From positions 1,344,001 to 1,408,000 of the forward strand of contig OZ242260.1 in NCBI GenBank assembly GCA_965207065.1: 64,000 bases of DNA, read 5' to 3'. Positions 29,310 to 39,574 of the stretch are shown here, in pieces. Numbering within the stretch: position 1 is the stretch's first letter; the number at the start of each line of letters is the position of its first letter. A program made the position numbers and the translations under genes. Under the pieces are notes generated by a model. The model had not been told where the DNA came from. It did not search any database and saw only the letters and a list, made by a program, of their open reading frames with translations. Source of the stretch: a bacterium. Its GTDB lineage: Bacteria > UBA8248.

Positions 29310-30485
29310 ATGCCGGAAGCACCCGCCAACACACGATGGTTCACCTATTTCCCCGAGGATTACCGATGGTCATCGGGCGTCGTGAACTGCCTCTCCGTGG
29401 CCCCCTGGGGCGGGGCCGACATCGGCGAGGTCGATCAGGTGGGCAGACGCCTCAGGAAAGACGTCGGCAACGACGCGCTCTGGTTCCGCGAGTGGGTGCG
29501 CATGGCGAACAAGGTGCGCGATTTGGGCCTGGCGGAGGAGGAGAACAACCACCGCCTGAGCGCCGCCTACCACCACAAGCGCGCGGCGATGTACTTTCAA
29601 ATTGCCGAGCGCTTCCGCACGCCCAAGGACAAGCGGGCGAAAGACGCCTACAAGCTCGCGCTGGACAGCTTCCTGCGCTTCACGAAACTTACCGACGCGC
29701 CCCGCATCGAGCGCGTCGAGGTGCCGTATGAGAACGGCGTGAACCTGCCGGGGTATTTCGTGCACGCCCAGAACACGAAAAAGGCCAGGCCGCCCGTCGT
29801 CGTCTATTTCGACGGCCTGGACATCACGAAGGAGATTCAGTACCTGCGCGGCGTTGAGGAATTCGTGCGGCGCGGGATGAGCTGTCTCGTCATGGACGGG
29901 CCGGGAACCGGGGAGGCCATTCGCTTCCGCGAGCAATACCTCCGCCCCGATTATGAAGTCGCAGGCACCGCCGCGCTCGATTATCTCGAAACGCGCGGGG
30001 ACGTGAACGCCCAAAAAGCCGCCGTCATCGGCATCAGCCTGGGCGGATACTACGCGCCCCGCATCGCCAGCATGGAGAGGCGCTACAAGGCGTGCGTCGC
30101 CTGGGGGGCGTGCTGGGATTACCACGCGACGTGGAAAAAGCGCGTCGCCGCCTCGATGCAGACGGAACTATCCGTTCCCGGCCACCACATCCTGTGGATC
30201 TTCAACACGACGAATTTCGAGGACACCTTCAAGAAGCTGGAGGGTTTCCGGCTCGACGGCGTTGTGCAGAAGATGCGCTGCCCCTTTCTGCTCACCCACG
30301 GAATCGACGACAAGCAGGTGCCCACGCGCGACGCGCGCAAGCTGTTCAACGCCGTGGGCTCCAAGGACAAGACGCTCAAGATATTCACGGTGAAGGAGGG
30401 CGGCTCCCAGCATTGCCAGCGCGACAACCTCTCGCTCGGCGTCACCTACATCGCCGACTGGCTGATGGAGAAGCTCAAGCCTTGA
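29310..30485 (+). CDS. Alpha/beta hydrolase (FrsA / 2,6-dihydroxypseudooxynicotine hydrolase-like)
   Basis: DGLDITKE, DGPGTGE, GISLGGYYA and GGSQHCQ motifs. Confidence 0.88.
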   Translation: MPEAPANTRWFTYFPEDYRWSSGVVNCLSVAPWGGADIGEVDQVGRRLRKDVGNDALWFREWVRMANKVRDLGLAEEENNHRLSAAYHHKRAAMYFQIAERFRTPKDKRAKDAYKLALDSFLRFTKLTDAPRIERVEVPYENGVNLPGYFVHAQNTKKARPPVVVYFDGLDITKEIQYLRGVEEFVRRGMSCLVMDGPGTGEAIRFREQYLRPDYEVAGTAALDYLETRGDVNAQKAAVIGISLGGYYAPRIASMERRYKACVAWGACWDYHATWKKRVAASMQTELSVPGHHILWIFNTTNFEDTFKKLEGFRLDGVVQKMRCPFLLTHGIDDKQVPTRDARKLFNAVGSKDKTLKIFTVKEGGSQHCQRDNLSLGVTYIADWLMEKLKP

Positions 30486-31035
30486 GGATTAATTCCGACC
30501 AATGCGGGAGGAATTAACCGACCGGGGAAGGAGGGTTTGCGGCAATCAGAGAGGGCGGTTTACGCCCCGGCAAGGCGCTCTGCCACCTTCAGGAACCGCG
30601 CGGCAGAAGACCCCGGCCTGCCGCTGAATACAAGAGGCGCTTCCCCGGAAGGCCGAAGCAGGCGGGAGCCCACCTCAGACCTGTTCCTCGTGGATTGTGT
30701 CGCAACCAGCCCGGAACTACGAATTGATCGTATTGCCGCATCCGGCGCTTTTCAAAAAGACTACGAAAGGCCTAATTACGGCCCATAAATACGCGAGGGA
30801 GATGCGAACGCGGCCGGTCACGCAATGCAGTCTCATGGAGGCCTCGAAGCTCTCCGCTCCACCATGCTTCTTCTATCGCAATTCACGTCCCGACATCTTG
30901 TAATCATGTATATTATATGGATAATATTATGAATTAGGTGTGAATAATTCTAGTATTCACATGACTGCAACGCGAATTCTGTGCTCTTTCCGGTAACCGA
31001 TCCGGCCTACCCCCCGCCGGAAGGAGGCAGATGCC

Positions 31036-33381
31036 ATGAGTAATCCTGACGACCGAAAAGTCGCCGAGCAGGGAGAAGAGGCGCGCGATCCAGGTCTGGC
31101 TGCGGCAATGTTGCGCATTGGTGCCAGCCTCGATCTGGATACCGTCCTCAATGAGGTGGTGAAAAGCGCCCGCGAACTGACCGGCGCGCGCTACGGCGCC
31201 ATCGCTACCATCGACGAAACAGGAGCGCCCCTGGATTTCGTCTCCTCAGGTTTTACCGAAGAGGAGCACCGCACCATAGCCGAATTGCCCGACGGCCCGA
31301 ACCTCTTCGAGGTCTTCCGTGACCTGCGGGGGCCGCTGCGCATCGCCGACGTGCAGGCCTACATCCGCTCGCTCGGCTTTTCGACCTTCTTCATGCCGGC
31401 GACGTCGAAGACCTTCCAGGGAACGCCGATGCGTCACCGGGGGGAGCACGTCGGCAATTTCTACCTCGTCGAGAAGGATGGCGGGGAACAGTTTACGGAT
31501 GCGGACGAGGAGGTTCTGCTGCTGTTCGCCGCTCAGGCGGCCGCCGCCATCGCCCATGCCCGCGCCTACCGCGACGAGCGGCGCGCCCGCGCCGACCTCG
31601 AAGCGCTCATCGAGACCTCGCCGGTCGGGGTCGCGGTGTTTGACGCGGCGAGCGGCAATCCGGTTTCGTTAAACCGCGAGGCCAAGCGGATCATGGAAAG
31701 CCTGCGCATACCGGGCCAACCGCCGGAGCAATTGCTTGAGTGCATGATTTGCAGGTTCGCTGACGGGCGCGAGATTGCGCTCGCCGAGTTGCCTTTTGCC
31801 GCGGTGCTGACCAACGCGGAGACGATGCGCGCCGAGGAGATCGAATTCTCTGTTCCCGATGGACGCAGCGTGACCACGCTGATCAACGCCACCCCGATCC
31901 GTGGTGAGGACGGTGCGTTCGTCTCCGTGGTGGTCACGATGCAGGACCTCGCGCCACTCGAGGAACTGGAGCGCATGCGGGCCGGGTTCCTGAGCATGGT
32001 GAGCCACGAGCTGCGCGCGCCGCTGGCCTCGATCAAGGGTTCGGCCGCCACGGTGCTCGGTCGCTCGCGGAACTTCGCACCGGCTGAAATCGAACAGTTC
32101 TTTCGCATCATCGAGGAGCAGGCCGACCGCATGGACAGCCTGATTGGCGACCTGCTCGACGCCGGGCGCATCGAGACGGGCACGCTCTCGGTCGAGCCCG
32201 TGCCCTCGGAGGTGGCGGACCTGCTCGACCGGGCGCGGACCACTTTCCTTTCCGGCGGCGGCCGTCACCGGGTGGTCATCGACCTGCCGCCGGACCTCCC
32301 CCCGGTCTTGGCCGACCGGGAGCGCATCGTGCAGGTGCTGAACAACCTGCTCGCCAACGCCGCCCGGTACTCGCCCGAGTCTTCCCCGATCCGGGTCGAG
32401 GCGGCCCGCGAGGATGTCCACGTAGCGATAGCGGTCTCCGACGAGGGTCACGGCCTTACACCGGACCGGCTGGCGAAGCTGTTCCGCAAATATGCCCGCG
32501 ACGGGGAGCGCTGGGCCGGGGGCGGGCTCGGCCTTGCTATTTGCAAGGGCCTGGTCGAGGCGCATGGTGGTCGCATCCGGGCAGAGAGCGGCGGGCCCGG
32601 CCAGGGAGCGTGCTTTACCTTTACCCTCCCGGCGGCTGTCGAGGCCGATCCCGCACCAACCGGCGAAGAGCGGAGCCTGACTGCGGCGCGCCACGAGGGC
32701 GGCGAACGAACGCGCATCCTCGTGGTTGACGACGATCCGGAGATATTGCGCTTTGTCCGCGACGCGCTTGGTGAGGCAGGCTATGCCCCGCTGGTGGTGG
32801 GCGGCCATGAAGAGCTCGATTACGTCCTCGAAACGGAGAAGCCCGCCCTGGTCCTGCTCGACCTGATGTTGCCGGGGACCGACGGCATCGAACTGATGGA
32901 ACAGGTTCCCGGGCTCTCGAACGTCCCGGTCGTTTTCATCTCCGGCTACTGCCGGGACGAGACGATCGCGCGGGCGCTCGAGGCCGGCGCCGAGGACTAC
33001 ATCGTCAAGCCTTTCTCGCCGACAGAGCTGGTGGCGCGGGTCCGGACGGCGCTCCGCCGTCAGGCCGATCCTGACCCCTTCGTGCTGGGTGACCTCGCCA
33101 TCGACTACGCTCGGCGCCGGGTGAGCGTCGGCGGGCGCTCGGTCGCGCTCACGGCAACGGAATACGATCTGCTCCGCGCCCTCTCGCTGGGTGCCGGGCG
33201 GGTGTTGACCTACGAGGCCCTGCTGAGACAGGTCTGGAGCGGGCGGAACAGCGACGCGAAGATCGTGCGGGCCTATGTCAAGCGGCTGCGCAGGAAGCTC
33301 GGCGACGATGCCAGACAGCCCGTCTATATCCTGACCGAGCTTCGAGTCGGCTACCGCATGCCCGGTCCGGATGACCCGTAG
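31036..33381 (+). CDS. Hybrid sensor kinase/response regulator: GAF-PAS-HisKA-HATPase-REC-OmpR winged helix
   Basis: SHELRAPL H-box, NLLANA N-box, GLGLAIC G-box, ILVVDDD/LLDLMLP receiver and ILTELRVGYR wHTH end. Confidence 0.92.
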   Translation: MSNPDDRKVAEQGEEARDPGLAAAMLRIGASLDLDTVLNEVVKSARELTGARYGAIATIDETGAPLDFVSSGFTEEEHRTIAELPDGPNLFEVFRDLRGPLRIADVQAYIRSLGFSTFFMPATSKTFQGTPMRHRGEHVGNFYLVEKDGGEQFTDADEEVLLLFAAQAAAAIAHARAYRDERRARADLEALIETSPVGVAVFDAASGNPVSLNREAKRIMESLRIPGQPPEQLLECMICRFADGREIALAELPFAAVLTNAETMRAEEIEFSVPDGRSVTTLINATPIRGEDGAFVSVVVTMQDLAPLEELERMRAGFLSMVSHELRAPLASIKGSAATVLGRSRNFAPAEIEQFFRIIEEQADRMDSLIGDLLDAGRIETGTLSVEPVPSEVADLLDRARTTFLSGGGRHRVVIDLPPDLPPVLADRERIVQVLNNLLANAARYSPESSPIRVEAAREDVHVAIAVSDEGHGLTPDRLAKLFRKYARDGERWAGGGLGLAICKGLVEAHGGRIRAESGGPGQGACFTFTLPAAVEADPAPTGEERSLTAARHEGGERTRILVVDDDPEILRFVRDALGEAGYAPLVVGGHEELDYVLETEKPALVLLDLMLPGTDGIELMEQVPGLSNVPVVFISGYCRDETIARALEAGAEDYIVKPFSPTELVARVRTALRRQADPDPFVLGDLAIDYARRRVSVGGRSVALTATEYDLLRALSLGAGRVLTYEALLRQVWSGRNSDAKIVRAYVKRLRRKLGDDARQPVYILTELRVGYRMPGPDDP

Positions 33382-33395
33382 CCGCTCGGACGCAG

Positions 33396-33467
33396 GCGCG
33401 TCGACACCTGAGTGAAGGCGGAACTCTTCGTGCCTTGCCACCACATCCTGTGGTTTTTCGACACGAC
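33396..33467 (+). repeat. Degenerate copy of an internal segment (30140-30211) of the alpha/beta hydrolase gene
   Basis: Ungapped alignment, 57/72 identical by manual count, including an exact GCCACCACATCCTGTGG core. Confidence 0.8.
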
Positions 33468-33492
33468 CAGGCGGTGAGGGTTTGTTGCTGAT

Positions 33493-33568
33493 GGCAGGGA
33501 CAGGCCCCCGTGCCTGTCCTCATGGAGGATAATCAAGGGAGGGGACAACTACAGGGGGTTGTCCCTAC
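33493..33568. repeat. Inverted pair of GTAG-type REP elements (REPIN/BIME-like)
   Basis: GCAGGGACAGGCCCCCGTGCCTGTCC, then GGGACAACTACAGGGGGTTGTCCCTAC (reverse complement begins GTAGGGACAACC). Confidence 0.65.
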
Positions 33569-34197
33569 AGGCTCACGCTCCCCCCTATCCACTCCTCCGC
33601 CTCCTTCCGAATAGCCGCTTCCTCCGCGCTGTGTTGAAGCACGATGCCTCTGGCGGGCGGGTGGCCGATTTTCGCATTCCGCCAGCAATGGTAGCGGATG
33701 GCCTGGGGATAGCCTGAAAGGTCGATAGAGGCGTAGAACGAGGCGGGAACCTCATCGGGCTTGTAGGGGTCCATCCTGTCTTTCTCGTAGATGTTGGTGC
33801 GCTTCCATATGCGCCACGCGCCGTCTCGTTTTTCGAGCAGGGCGAGTACGCGGCTCCAGGTGGTGAAATCAAGCTCCACGCCGTCGATGAGCCTCCTCTG
33901 GTAGAGGATCAGGTCGTGCTCACCCACTGCGCGCACGCCTGCCAGGCGCACCCAGGGGTTCGTGACGGTGTGCTTCTGGCTCTCGCCGGGGTGGCGGGCG
34001 ATCTTCATCTTTTTCGCGGCGTCGACGAATTCATCCCGCGATCCGCTGAACCACGAAGTTGTGAGCGAGGCGTCCGGGTGATAGCACTGGCGCCACTCCT
34101 CCCAGAGGCCTGCGTCGCGCGCGTAGTTTACGACTGAGAGAACGTCCTTTATCTCGCTCCTGTCGGCGTTCTCCTGAATTCTCCTCTCCGCGTCCAT
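33565..34197 (-). CDS. SnoaL/NTF2-like family protein
   Basis: DRSEIKDV...RDAGLWEEWRQCYHPDA and EKRDGAWRI pattern. Confidence 0.82.
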   Translation of the reverse strand: MDAERRIQENADRSEIKDVLSVVNYARDAGLWEEWRQCYHPDASLTTSWFSGSRDEFVDAAKKMKIARHPGESQKHTVTNPWVRLAGVRAVGEHDLILYQRRLIDGVELDFTTWSRVLALLEKRDGAWRIWKRTNIYEKDRMDPYKPDEVPASFYASIDLSGYPQAIRYHCWRNAKIGHPPARGIVLQHSAEEAAIRKEAEEWIGGSVSL

Positions 34198-34206
34198 GGC
34201 GCCTCC

Positions 34207-34623
34207 TCACACGAACTCGTGTACTTCGGCGAACATGCCTTTCACGATTCCCCCGCTCAGGTGGCCGACGAGAACCTCTCCCGGCTGGTAGGGGCCGCCG
34301 CTCAGCGCCAGGTGTAAGTGGATGTAGGGCCGGGGTTCCTCCCAGGTCTCATCCCCCCGGACGGCGGGCGGCTGTTCGGGCCAGGAGATGTTCCCCACGG
34401 CGATGAGTTCGCGCCAGTCGTGGAAATAGCGCAGCGCCGATGGGCCGATGATGTCTCTAAAACCCGTTCGGATGTCCGATTCCTTGAGCGCGCCGAACAC
34501 GATGAGCGAGGCGCTCCGTATGTTCTTCTCCATGACGAAACGCTCGAACTCCCCGAAAAAATCATCGTCCTCATCGAATTCCAGATGAAAGACGCGGCCT
34601 AGTTTTTTTTCTTCCGCTCGCAT
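34207..34623 (-). CDS. PPC (DUF296) domain protein
   Basis: ELIAVGNI, IHLHLAL and GHL motifs. Confidence 0.8.
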   Translation of the reverse strand: MRAEEKKLGRVFHLEFDEDDDFFGEFERFVMEKNIRSASLIVFGALKESDIRTGFRDIIGPSALRYFHDWRELIAVGNISWPEQPPAVRGDETWEEPRPYIHLHLALSGGPYQPGEVLVGHLSGGIVKGMFAEVHEFV

Positions 34624-34625
34624 CG

Positions 34626-35489
34626 CTATCCCTCCTTCACCTCCGCGTAGAGGTTCTCGAGTCCCCGGCGGAAAGTCCGCCTCCTGTGCGCGACCCACGA
34701 TTCGCCCCGCCCCGTATCGGACCAGAAGAACTTCTCGAACGAATCGTCGGTTGAGGCTTCATCCTGCGTCATGCCCTTTTCCACCAATCCCTCCATCATC
34801 CCCCACATCTCCTCGAATTCGTTCCGGAAACGCCGCACTTCCCCGATCCCGCATATCTCCCCGTGGCCGGGGACGACGTGCGCAGCGGGCAGGCTCTCCA
34901 TCCACGCGAGCGCCCCGATCCACTCTCTAAAACGCGCTTCGCGCATCCCGGGGCCCGGTTCGTTGATCATCACGTCGCCCGTGAAGATGACGCCTTCCTC
35001 GGGCACGTACACCGAACTGCAGGCGGGCGTATGGCCGCCCAGGCGGTAAATCTCGAACGTCAGGGGATGTAAGTGGAGCGTCATCCCTTGATCGAAGCAG
35101 ACTTGCGGCAGGGGGAGGACGGCTTCCGCGATTTCCTTCGCCTCATCATGCGCGCCGATGTCATCCAATGTGTTGATGAAGGTCTCGCGTCCGGCGAGGG
35201 GGTTATCCTTCGCGGCGAGCGCATCGAATACGCGCTGGGGCGCGATGGAGACCACCCCCGCATCCTCGATGAATGCGGAGCCGATGGTGTGATCGCCGTG
35301 ATAATCGGTCGAGATGCGGTAGCGGATGCCTTTGGGGCTGAGCGCCCTCAGTTCTTCCTGCCAGCTCCTCGAATCCGATGGCCGCACGGGGCAGTCGATG
35401 AGCACCACGCCGGCCTCGGTGACGCCCGCACCCACGTTCGCCCACAGATATCCCGTCTCCGCCACCAGGTGATCGCTCAGGCGCCGCAT
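34626..35489 (-). CDS. MBL-fold metallo-hydrolase (cyclase-like)
   Basis: TDYHGDH, GHT, FTGD and VPGHG motifs. Confidence 0.88.
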   Translation of the reverse strand: MRRLSDHLVAETGYLWANVGAGVTEAGVVLIDCPVRPSDSRSWQEELRALSPKGIRYRISTDYHGDHTIGSAFIEDAGVVSIAPQRVFDALAAKDNPLAGRETFINTLDDIGAHDEAKEIAEAVLPLPQVCFDQGMTLHLHPLTFEIYRLGGHTPACSSVYVPEEGVIFTGDVMINEPGPGMREARFREWIGALAWMESLPAAHVVPGHGEICGIGEVRRFRNEFEEMWGMMEGLVEKGMTQDEASTDDSFEKFFWSDTGRGESWVAHRRRTFRRGLENLYAEVKEG

Positions 35490-35578
35490 ATCCCGTTCCG
35501 CCTCTTTGTAAACGCCGGAGCGGGGGCGCGAAACGCACCCCCGCCCTCATGGTTGCTTCCCCGCGATCGTCCGGATCT

Positions 35579-36568
35579 TCAGTTTCTGATCTTCACTCCG
35601 GCGTTCTTGTAGATATCCTTGTTGCTCTCGTATTCCGCTCTCACCTCTTTCAGGAGCTTCTCGCCGACGACCGGTTCGGCCTTGACGCCCATCTTCCTGA
35701 GCAGGCGTTTGAAGGTCTTGTCCTTCGCCATCTTGAGCAGGGCCTTCGTCAGGATGTCGATGCGGTCCTTGGGCGTTCCCGCCGGCGCCATGATGATGCG
35801 CTTCGACGACAGCAGAAGGTCGACCCCCTGCTCTCTGAAGGTCGGCACGTCAGGGAAAAGCGGGAAGCGCTTGGCGGCGGCGACGCCCAGAAGGCGGATT
35901 TTGCCGGATTTGTAGTTCGAGAGAACGCCGCCCGTCGCCGGGTTGGCGCCTGCGGTTTGTACGTGTCCGCCCAGCATGGCCTTCATGGCCGGACCGCCGC
36001 CTCGGAAGGGAACATGGGGCAACTTCGTCTTCGTGGCGTATGCGATCTTGAGCATCATGGTGTGGCTCAGGCCATACGTCCCCGTGGAGCCGTGCTTGAT
36101 CTTGCCTTTGCTCTTTTTCGCCGCGGCGATGTATTCCTTGAAATTCTTCCAGGGCTGGCTCCCCAGCGTGGCGAGCAAGTAGGGGAGTTCGTTGATCTGG
36201 AACACGGGGATGAAATCCTTGAACGGGTCAAAACCCATGTCCTTCACGTGGGGCGACATGTAGAGATGGCTGTTCGCGCCCATCAAGAGGGTGTAGCCGT
36301 CCGGCTTGGCGCGCTTGAGCGCTCCCATCCCTATCTTTCCGCCGCCGCCCGGCATGAGCTGCACGTAGGCAGGCTGACCGATGTACTGGTGAAGCACGCT
36401 CGCCACGGCGCGCGAGTGCAGGTCGTGCGATCCCCCCGCGCCCAGGGGCACGATGATCTTGATGGGTTTCGAGGGGTACTTCTCCGCCGCGGCGGGCAGA
36501 GCGGTGAAGGTGAGGAGCCCGAGCGACAAGACTACCGCCAGGGCGATCTTCCATGATTTGCGCATCAT
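35579..36568 (-). CDS. tctC: Tripartite tricarboxylate transporter substrate-binding protein
   Basis: YPSKPIKIIVPLGAGGSHD, HVPFRGGG and PDVPTFREQG motifs. Confidence 0.93.
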   Translation of the reverse strand: MMRKSWKIALAVVLSLGLLTFTALPAAAEKYPSKPIKIIVPLGAGGSHDLHSRAVASVLHQYIGQPAYVQLMPGGGGKIGMGALKRAKPDGYTLLMGANSHLYMSPHVKDMGFDPFKDFIPVFQINELPYLLATLGSQPWKNFKEYIAAAKKSKGKIKHGSTGTYGLSHTMMLKIAYATKTKLPHVPFRGGGPAMKAMLGGHVQTAGANPATGGVLSNYKSGKIRLLGVAAAKRFPLFPDVPTFREQGVDLLLSSKRIIMAPAGTPKDRIDILTKALLKMAKDKTFKRLLRKMGVKAEPVVGEKLLKEVRAEYESNKDIYKNAGVKIRN

Positions 36569-38103
36569 TTTGGTTCCTCCTTTGAAATGTTCGAATCAGC
36601 TACCGGTTGCGGTCTTAAGGTCTCGGCCCATGGTCGCTTCCAAATGCTCGTCACCAGCATGAGTATGGTCAAGCCGATGAAAAACGCCGCGATGGGGCGG
36701 GTGATGAAAACGGAATAATCGCCGTCGGAAATGATGAGCGCCTGCTGTAAGGCTTCCTCCGCCCGGGGCGCCAGGATGAACGCGATGACGAGCGGGGCCA
36801 TCGGAAATTTGAGTTTTCTGAACCCGTATCCGAACAGGCCCGCGACGAGCGCCAGCACGAGGTCACCCAGGTTGCTGTGATAGACGTACGCGCCCACCAG
36901 ACAGGAAACGATGATGCCCGGCACCAGTAACGACTGGCGGATGGTGACGATCTTGGCGAACATGCCCGTCAAGAGCCAGCCCTGGACCAGCATGATGGGG
37001 TTCCCTATCAGCAGCAGTGTGAAGATGGCGTACATCATGGGGGCGTGTTCCTGGAACAGGCTCGGTCCCGGCCGCAGCCCCTGGGCGATGAACGCGCCCA
37101 TGAGTATCGCGGCGCTCGGATCTCCCGGGATGCCGAACGTGAGGGTGGGTATCAGGTCCGCGCCCGCCACCGCGCTGTTGGCGGCTTCTGAGGCCGCGAC
37201 GCCCTCATAGCTGCCGTGGCCGTATTCTTCTGGTTTCTTGGAAGCCCGTTTCGCCGCCGCGTAGCTCACGAAGGTGGCGATGGCCGCTCCCGTGCCCGGA
37301 ATCGCGCCGACGAAGGTGCCGATCATCGACGAGCGCAGGATGGTGCGCGCCGAATGCCATACCTCGACGATCTTGAGTGTCCTGCCGCCTTTCAAGTGCA
37401 GGGTATCGGGCGGGCTCGAGAGGACGGAAGCCTTTTTTTCCGCTTGTATGAAAACCTCGCTCACGGCGAACAGCCCGATGAGCAGGGGTACCACTCCAAT
37501 CCCTTCGGCCAGTCCATGAAGACCGAACGTAAAGCGCTCCCCGCCCGAGATGATGTCCGTGCCCACCATTCCGAGTTGGAGTCCGATGATGGCCGACAGA
37601 ACACCCTTCACCAGGGAGGCGCCCGTCACGCTGGAGATGATGGCCAGCCCCATGAGCAGGAGCCCGAAGAACTCGGTCGGCCCGAATAGGAGCGCCACCG
37701 CCGCCAGCGGAAGCGCCGCCAGTATGAGAACGAGATCGCTGAAGGTATCGCCTATGGTGGAGGAGTAGAGCGCCATCTGGATCGCGCTCCTCGCCTCGCC
37801 TTTTTGCGCGAGCGGAAACCCGTCCATACAGGTTGCCGCCGCAGGCGCGGTTCCCGGCGTGTTCACCAGAATCGCGGGGATGGAGCCTCCGAAGAGCGTC
37901 CCCTTGTGAATCCCCAGCAAGAAGGGAATGCCCAGCACGGGCGGCATGAAGAATGAAAAAGGTACCAGGATCGCGGTCGCCATCACGCTGGTGAGCCCTG
38001 GAATCGCGCCCACCGTGATGCCCACGAAGACCCCCAGCGCTATCATGGCGATGCCCTGCCACGTGAGCGCCATCGTAACTCCCTGGATTATCTGCTCGAA
38101 CAT
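36565..38103 (-). CDS. tctA: Tripartite tricarboxylate transporter large permease
   Basis: GAIPGL, NTPGT, EAANSA and TFGIPG motifs. Confidence 0.94.
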   Translation of the reverse strand: MFEQIIQGVTMALTWQGIAMIALGVFVGITVGAIPGLTSVMATAILVPFSFFMPPVLGIPFLLGIHKGTLFGGSIPAILVNTPGTAPAAATCMDGFPLAQKGEARSAIQMALYSSTIGDTFSDLVLILAALPLAAVALLFGPTEFFGLLLMGLAIISSVTGASLVKGVLSAIIGLQLGMVGTDIISGGERFTFGLHGLAEGIGVVPLLIGLFAVSEVFIQAEKKASVLSSPPDTLHLKGGRTLKIVEVWHSARTILRSSMIGTFVGAIPGTGAAIATFVSYAAAKRASKKPEEYGHGSYEGVAASEAANSAVAGADLIPTLTFGIPGDPSAAILMGAFIAQGLRPGPSLFQEHAPMMYAIFTLLLIGNPIMLVQGWLLTGMFAKIVTIRQSLLVPGIIVSCLVGAYVYHSNLGDLVLALVAGLFGYGFRKLKFPMAPLVIAFILAPRAEEALQQALIISDGDYSVFITRPIAAFFIGLTILMLVTSIWKRPWAETLRPQPVADSNISKEEPK

Positions 38104-38110
38104 ACGCGCC

Positions 38111-38593
38111 CTAACTGAAGAGGCTGCCCTCGGGCAGCGCCAGCTTGAAGGCGAACCAGAAGAAATAGTTCACCACGAGAGGAAACAGAATCGACATCGC
38201 CGCGACGTAGCGCCAGTCGCGCGTGCCCATGGACACAACAAGGATTGCGAGAAAAACGGGCGTACTCGCCAGAAAGCCGAAATACGCCATGGACTCGACG
38301 TAAACGTAGCAAAGAACGAATACGGCGCTGACTTGCAAGAGCGCCCTTTTGCCCGATATCACCTGCCCGCCAGATTCACTCCGCCTGAGAGCCCCGAACA
38401 GGAACATCGCGCTCACCAGCCCGAAGGTGACGACGGCGGAGGTGGGGAAGAAGGTAGGCAGGAAGACGGCGTTCGAGACTTCTTCGGGCGGAATGGAGTA
38501 TTGAATCTGAGTGGGAATGATATAGAAAAAGCCGATGACGCTATAGAGTATGAAAATGACGGCTGTGTAAATATCGGCTTTCCGCACGTCCAA
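38111..38593 (-). CDS. tctB: Tripartite tricarboxylate transporter small permease
   Basis: Four to five TM segments, ends FKLALPEG, adjacent to tctA. Confidence 0.85.
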   Translation of the reverse strand: MDVRKADIYTAVIFILYSVIGFFYIIPTQIQYSIPPEEVSNAVFLPTFFPTSAVVTFGLVSAMFLFGALRRSESGGQVISGKRALLQVSAVFVLCYVYVESMAYFGFLASTPVFLAILVVSMGTRDWRYVAAMSILFPLVVNYFFWFAFKLALPEGSLFS

Positions 38594-38867
38594 CCCTCTT
38601 CACGGATATGGAACTGGCGGCGTCCTCATTCATGCCGCCTTCGAGGAGGGGCTTTGACTCCAGGACGCTTCAATCTTTTTGCATCTTCTCTTTGTATGGG
38701 AAAAAGACTAACAAGAAACGGCGCGCGTGTCATCCTGAAGTGAGGTTCGAAATCGGGTTCTCACTTTGGGAAGCCTTCTGAGACGAAATCCTTAGAATGG
38801 CGTGAAAGATTACGCCCATTGTGGGAAGATGAACCCTTCACCGGAAAATTTCTGAAACACGCATTCG

Positions 38868-39536
38868 ATGAGGAGCCATCCCGTGTCCAGAGTTCCGTTG
38901 CTCGAAAGCGAAAGCGCCGAGGGCGAAGTCGCGCGCACTTTCGAAATCCTGGAAAACTTTCAGCGCAGGCAGGTCAATTCCACCCGGGCGACGGCGCACT
39001 CTCCGTTTTTGGCGCGCATCTTTTATCCGCTCGTCCAGACCCTGATGCGCGAGGGGCTGGGCACCGTGCTGTCTTCGAAGATCAAAGAGATCGCGGTCAT
39101 CAAGACCAGTCAGATGAACGGATGCGACTACTGACTCGCCCACAACACCGCTCTCGGCCGGGTGCTGGGAATCACGGATGAGCACGTCGCCGCCATAGGC
39201 TCGGACGACTACATGGATTCGCCGCTCCTGAGTCCTGAGGAGAAGGCGACCGTCCTGTGGGCCGAACACGTCACGCGCAACACCGCCAAATCAAGAGACG
39301 ACATAGCCGAGGACGTGCAAGAGCATTTCACGGACGCCGAGTTCGTGGAGCTCACCTTCGTTATCAGCTACTTCAACATGAGAAACCGCTATCATGACTC
39401 TCTCAAACTGCCGAACGATGAGATTGAAGTCATTGAGGACGTGGGCCGTCTCCGGCCCGACCCGGCGAAGCTCAAGGCGTTCTTGCAGGAAGTTCTCGAC
39501 AACTGGCCGGACGCCTTCCCCGAACCCAACGAGTAG
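38868..39536 (+). CDS. AhpD/carboxymuconolactone decarboxylase family protein, probable selenoprotein (CxxU, TGA 39132-39134)
   Basis: KEIAVIKTSQMNGCDY-TGA-LAHNTALGRVLGITDEH matches the AhpD NxCxxCxxxH motif; frame open to TAG 39536. The start could be GTG 38883. Confidence 0.9.
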
Positions 39537-39574
39537 GAACATCCATGAACCACGTCAAAGAGGAGAACCGATAA

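Noticed and set aside
30537-30800. Possible gene remnant between the hydrolase and the kinase
   Set aside because: Partly protein-like translation but no family I can recognise.
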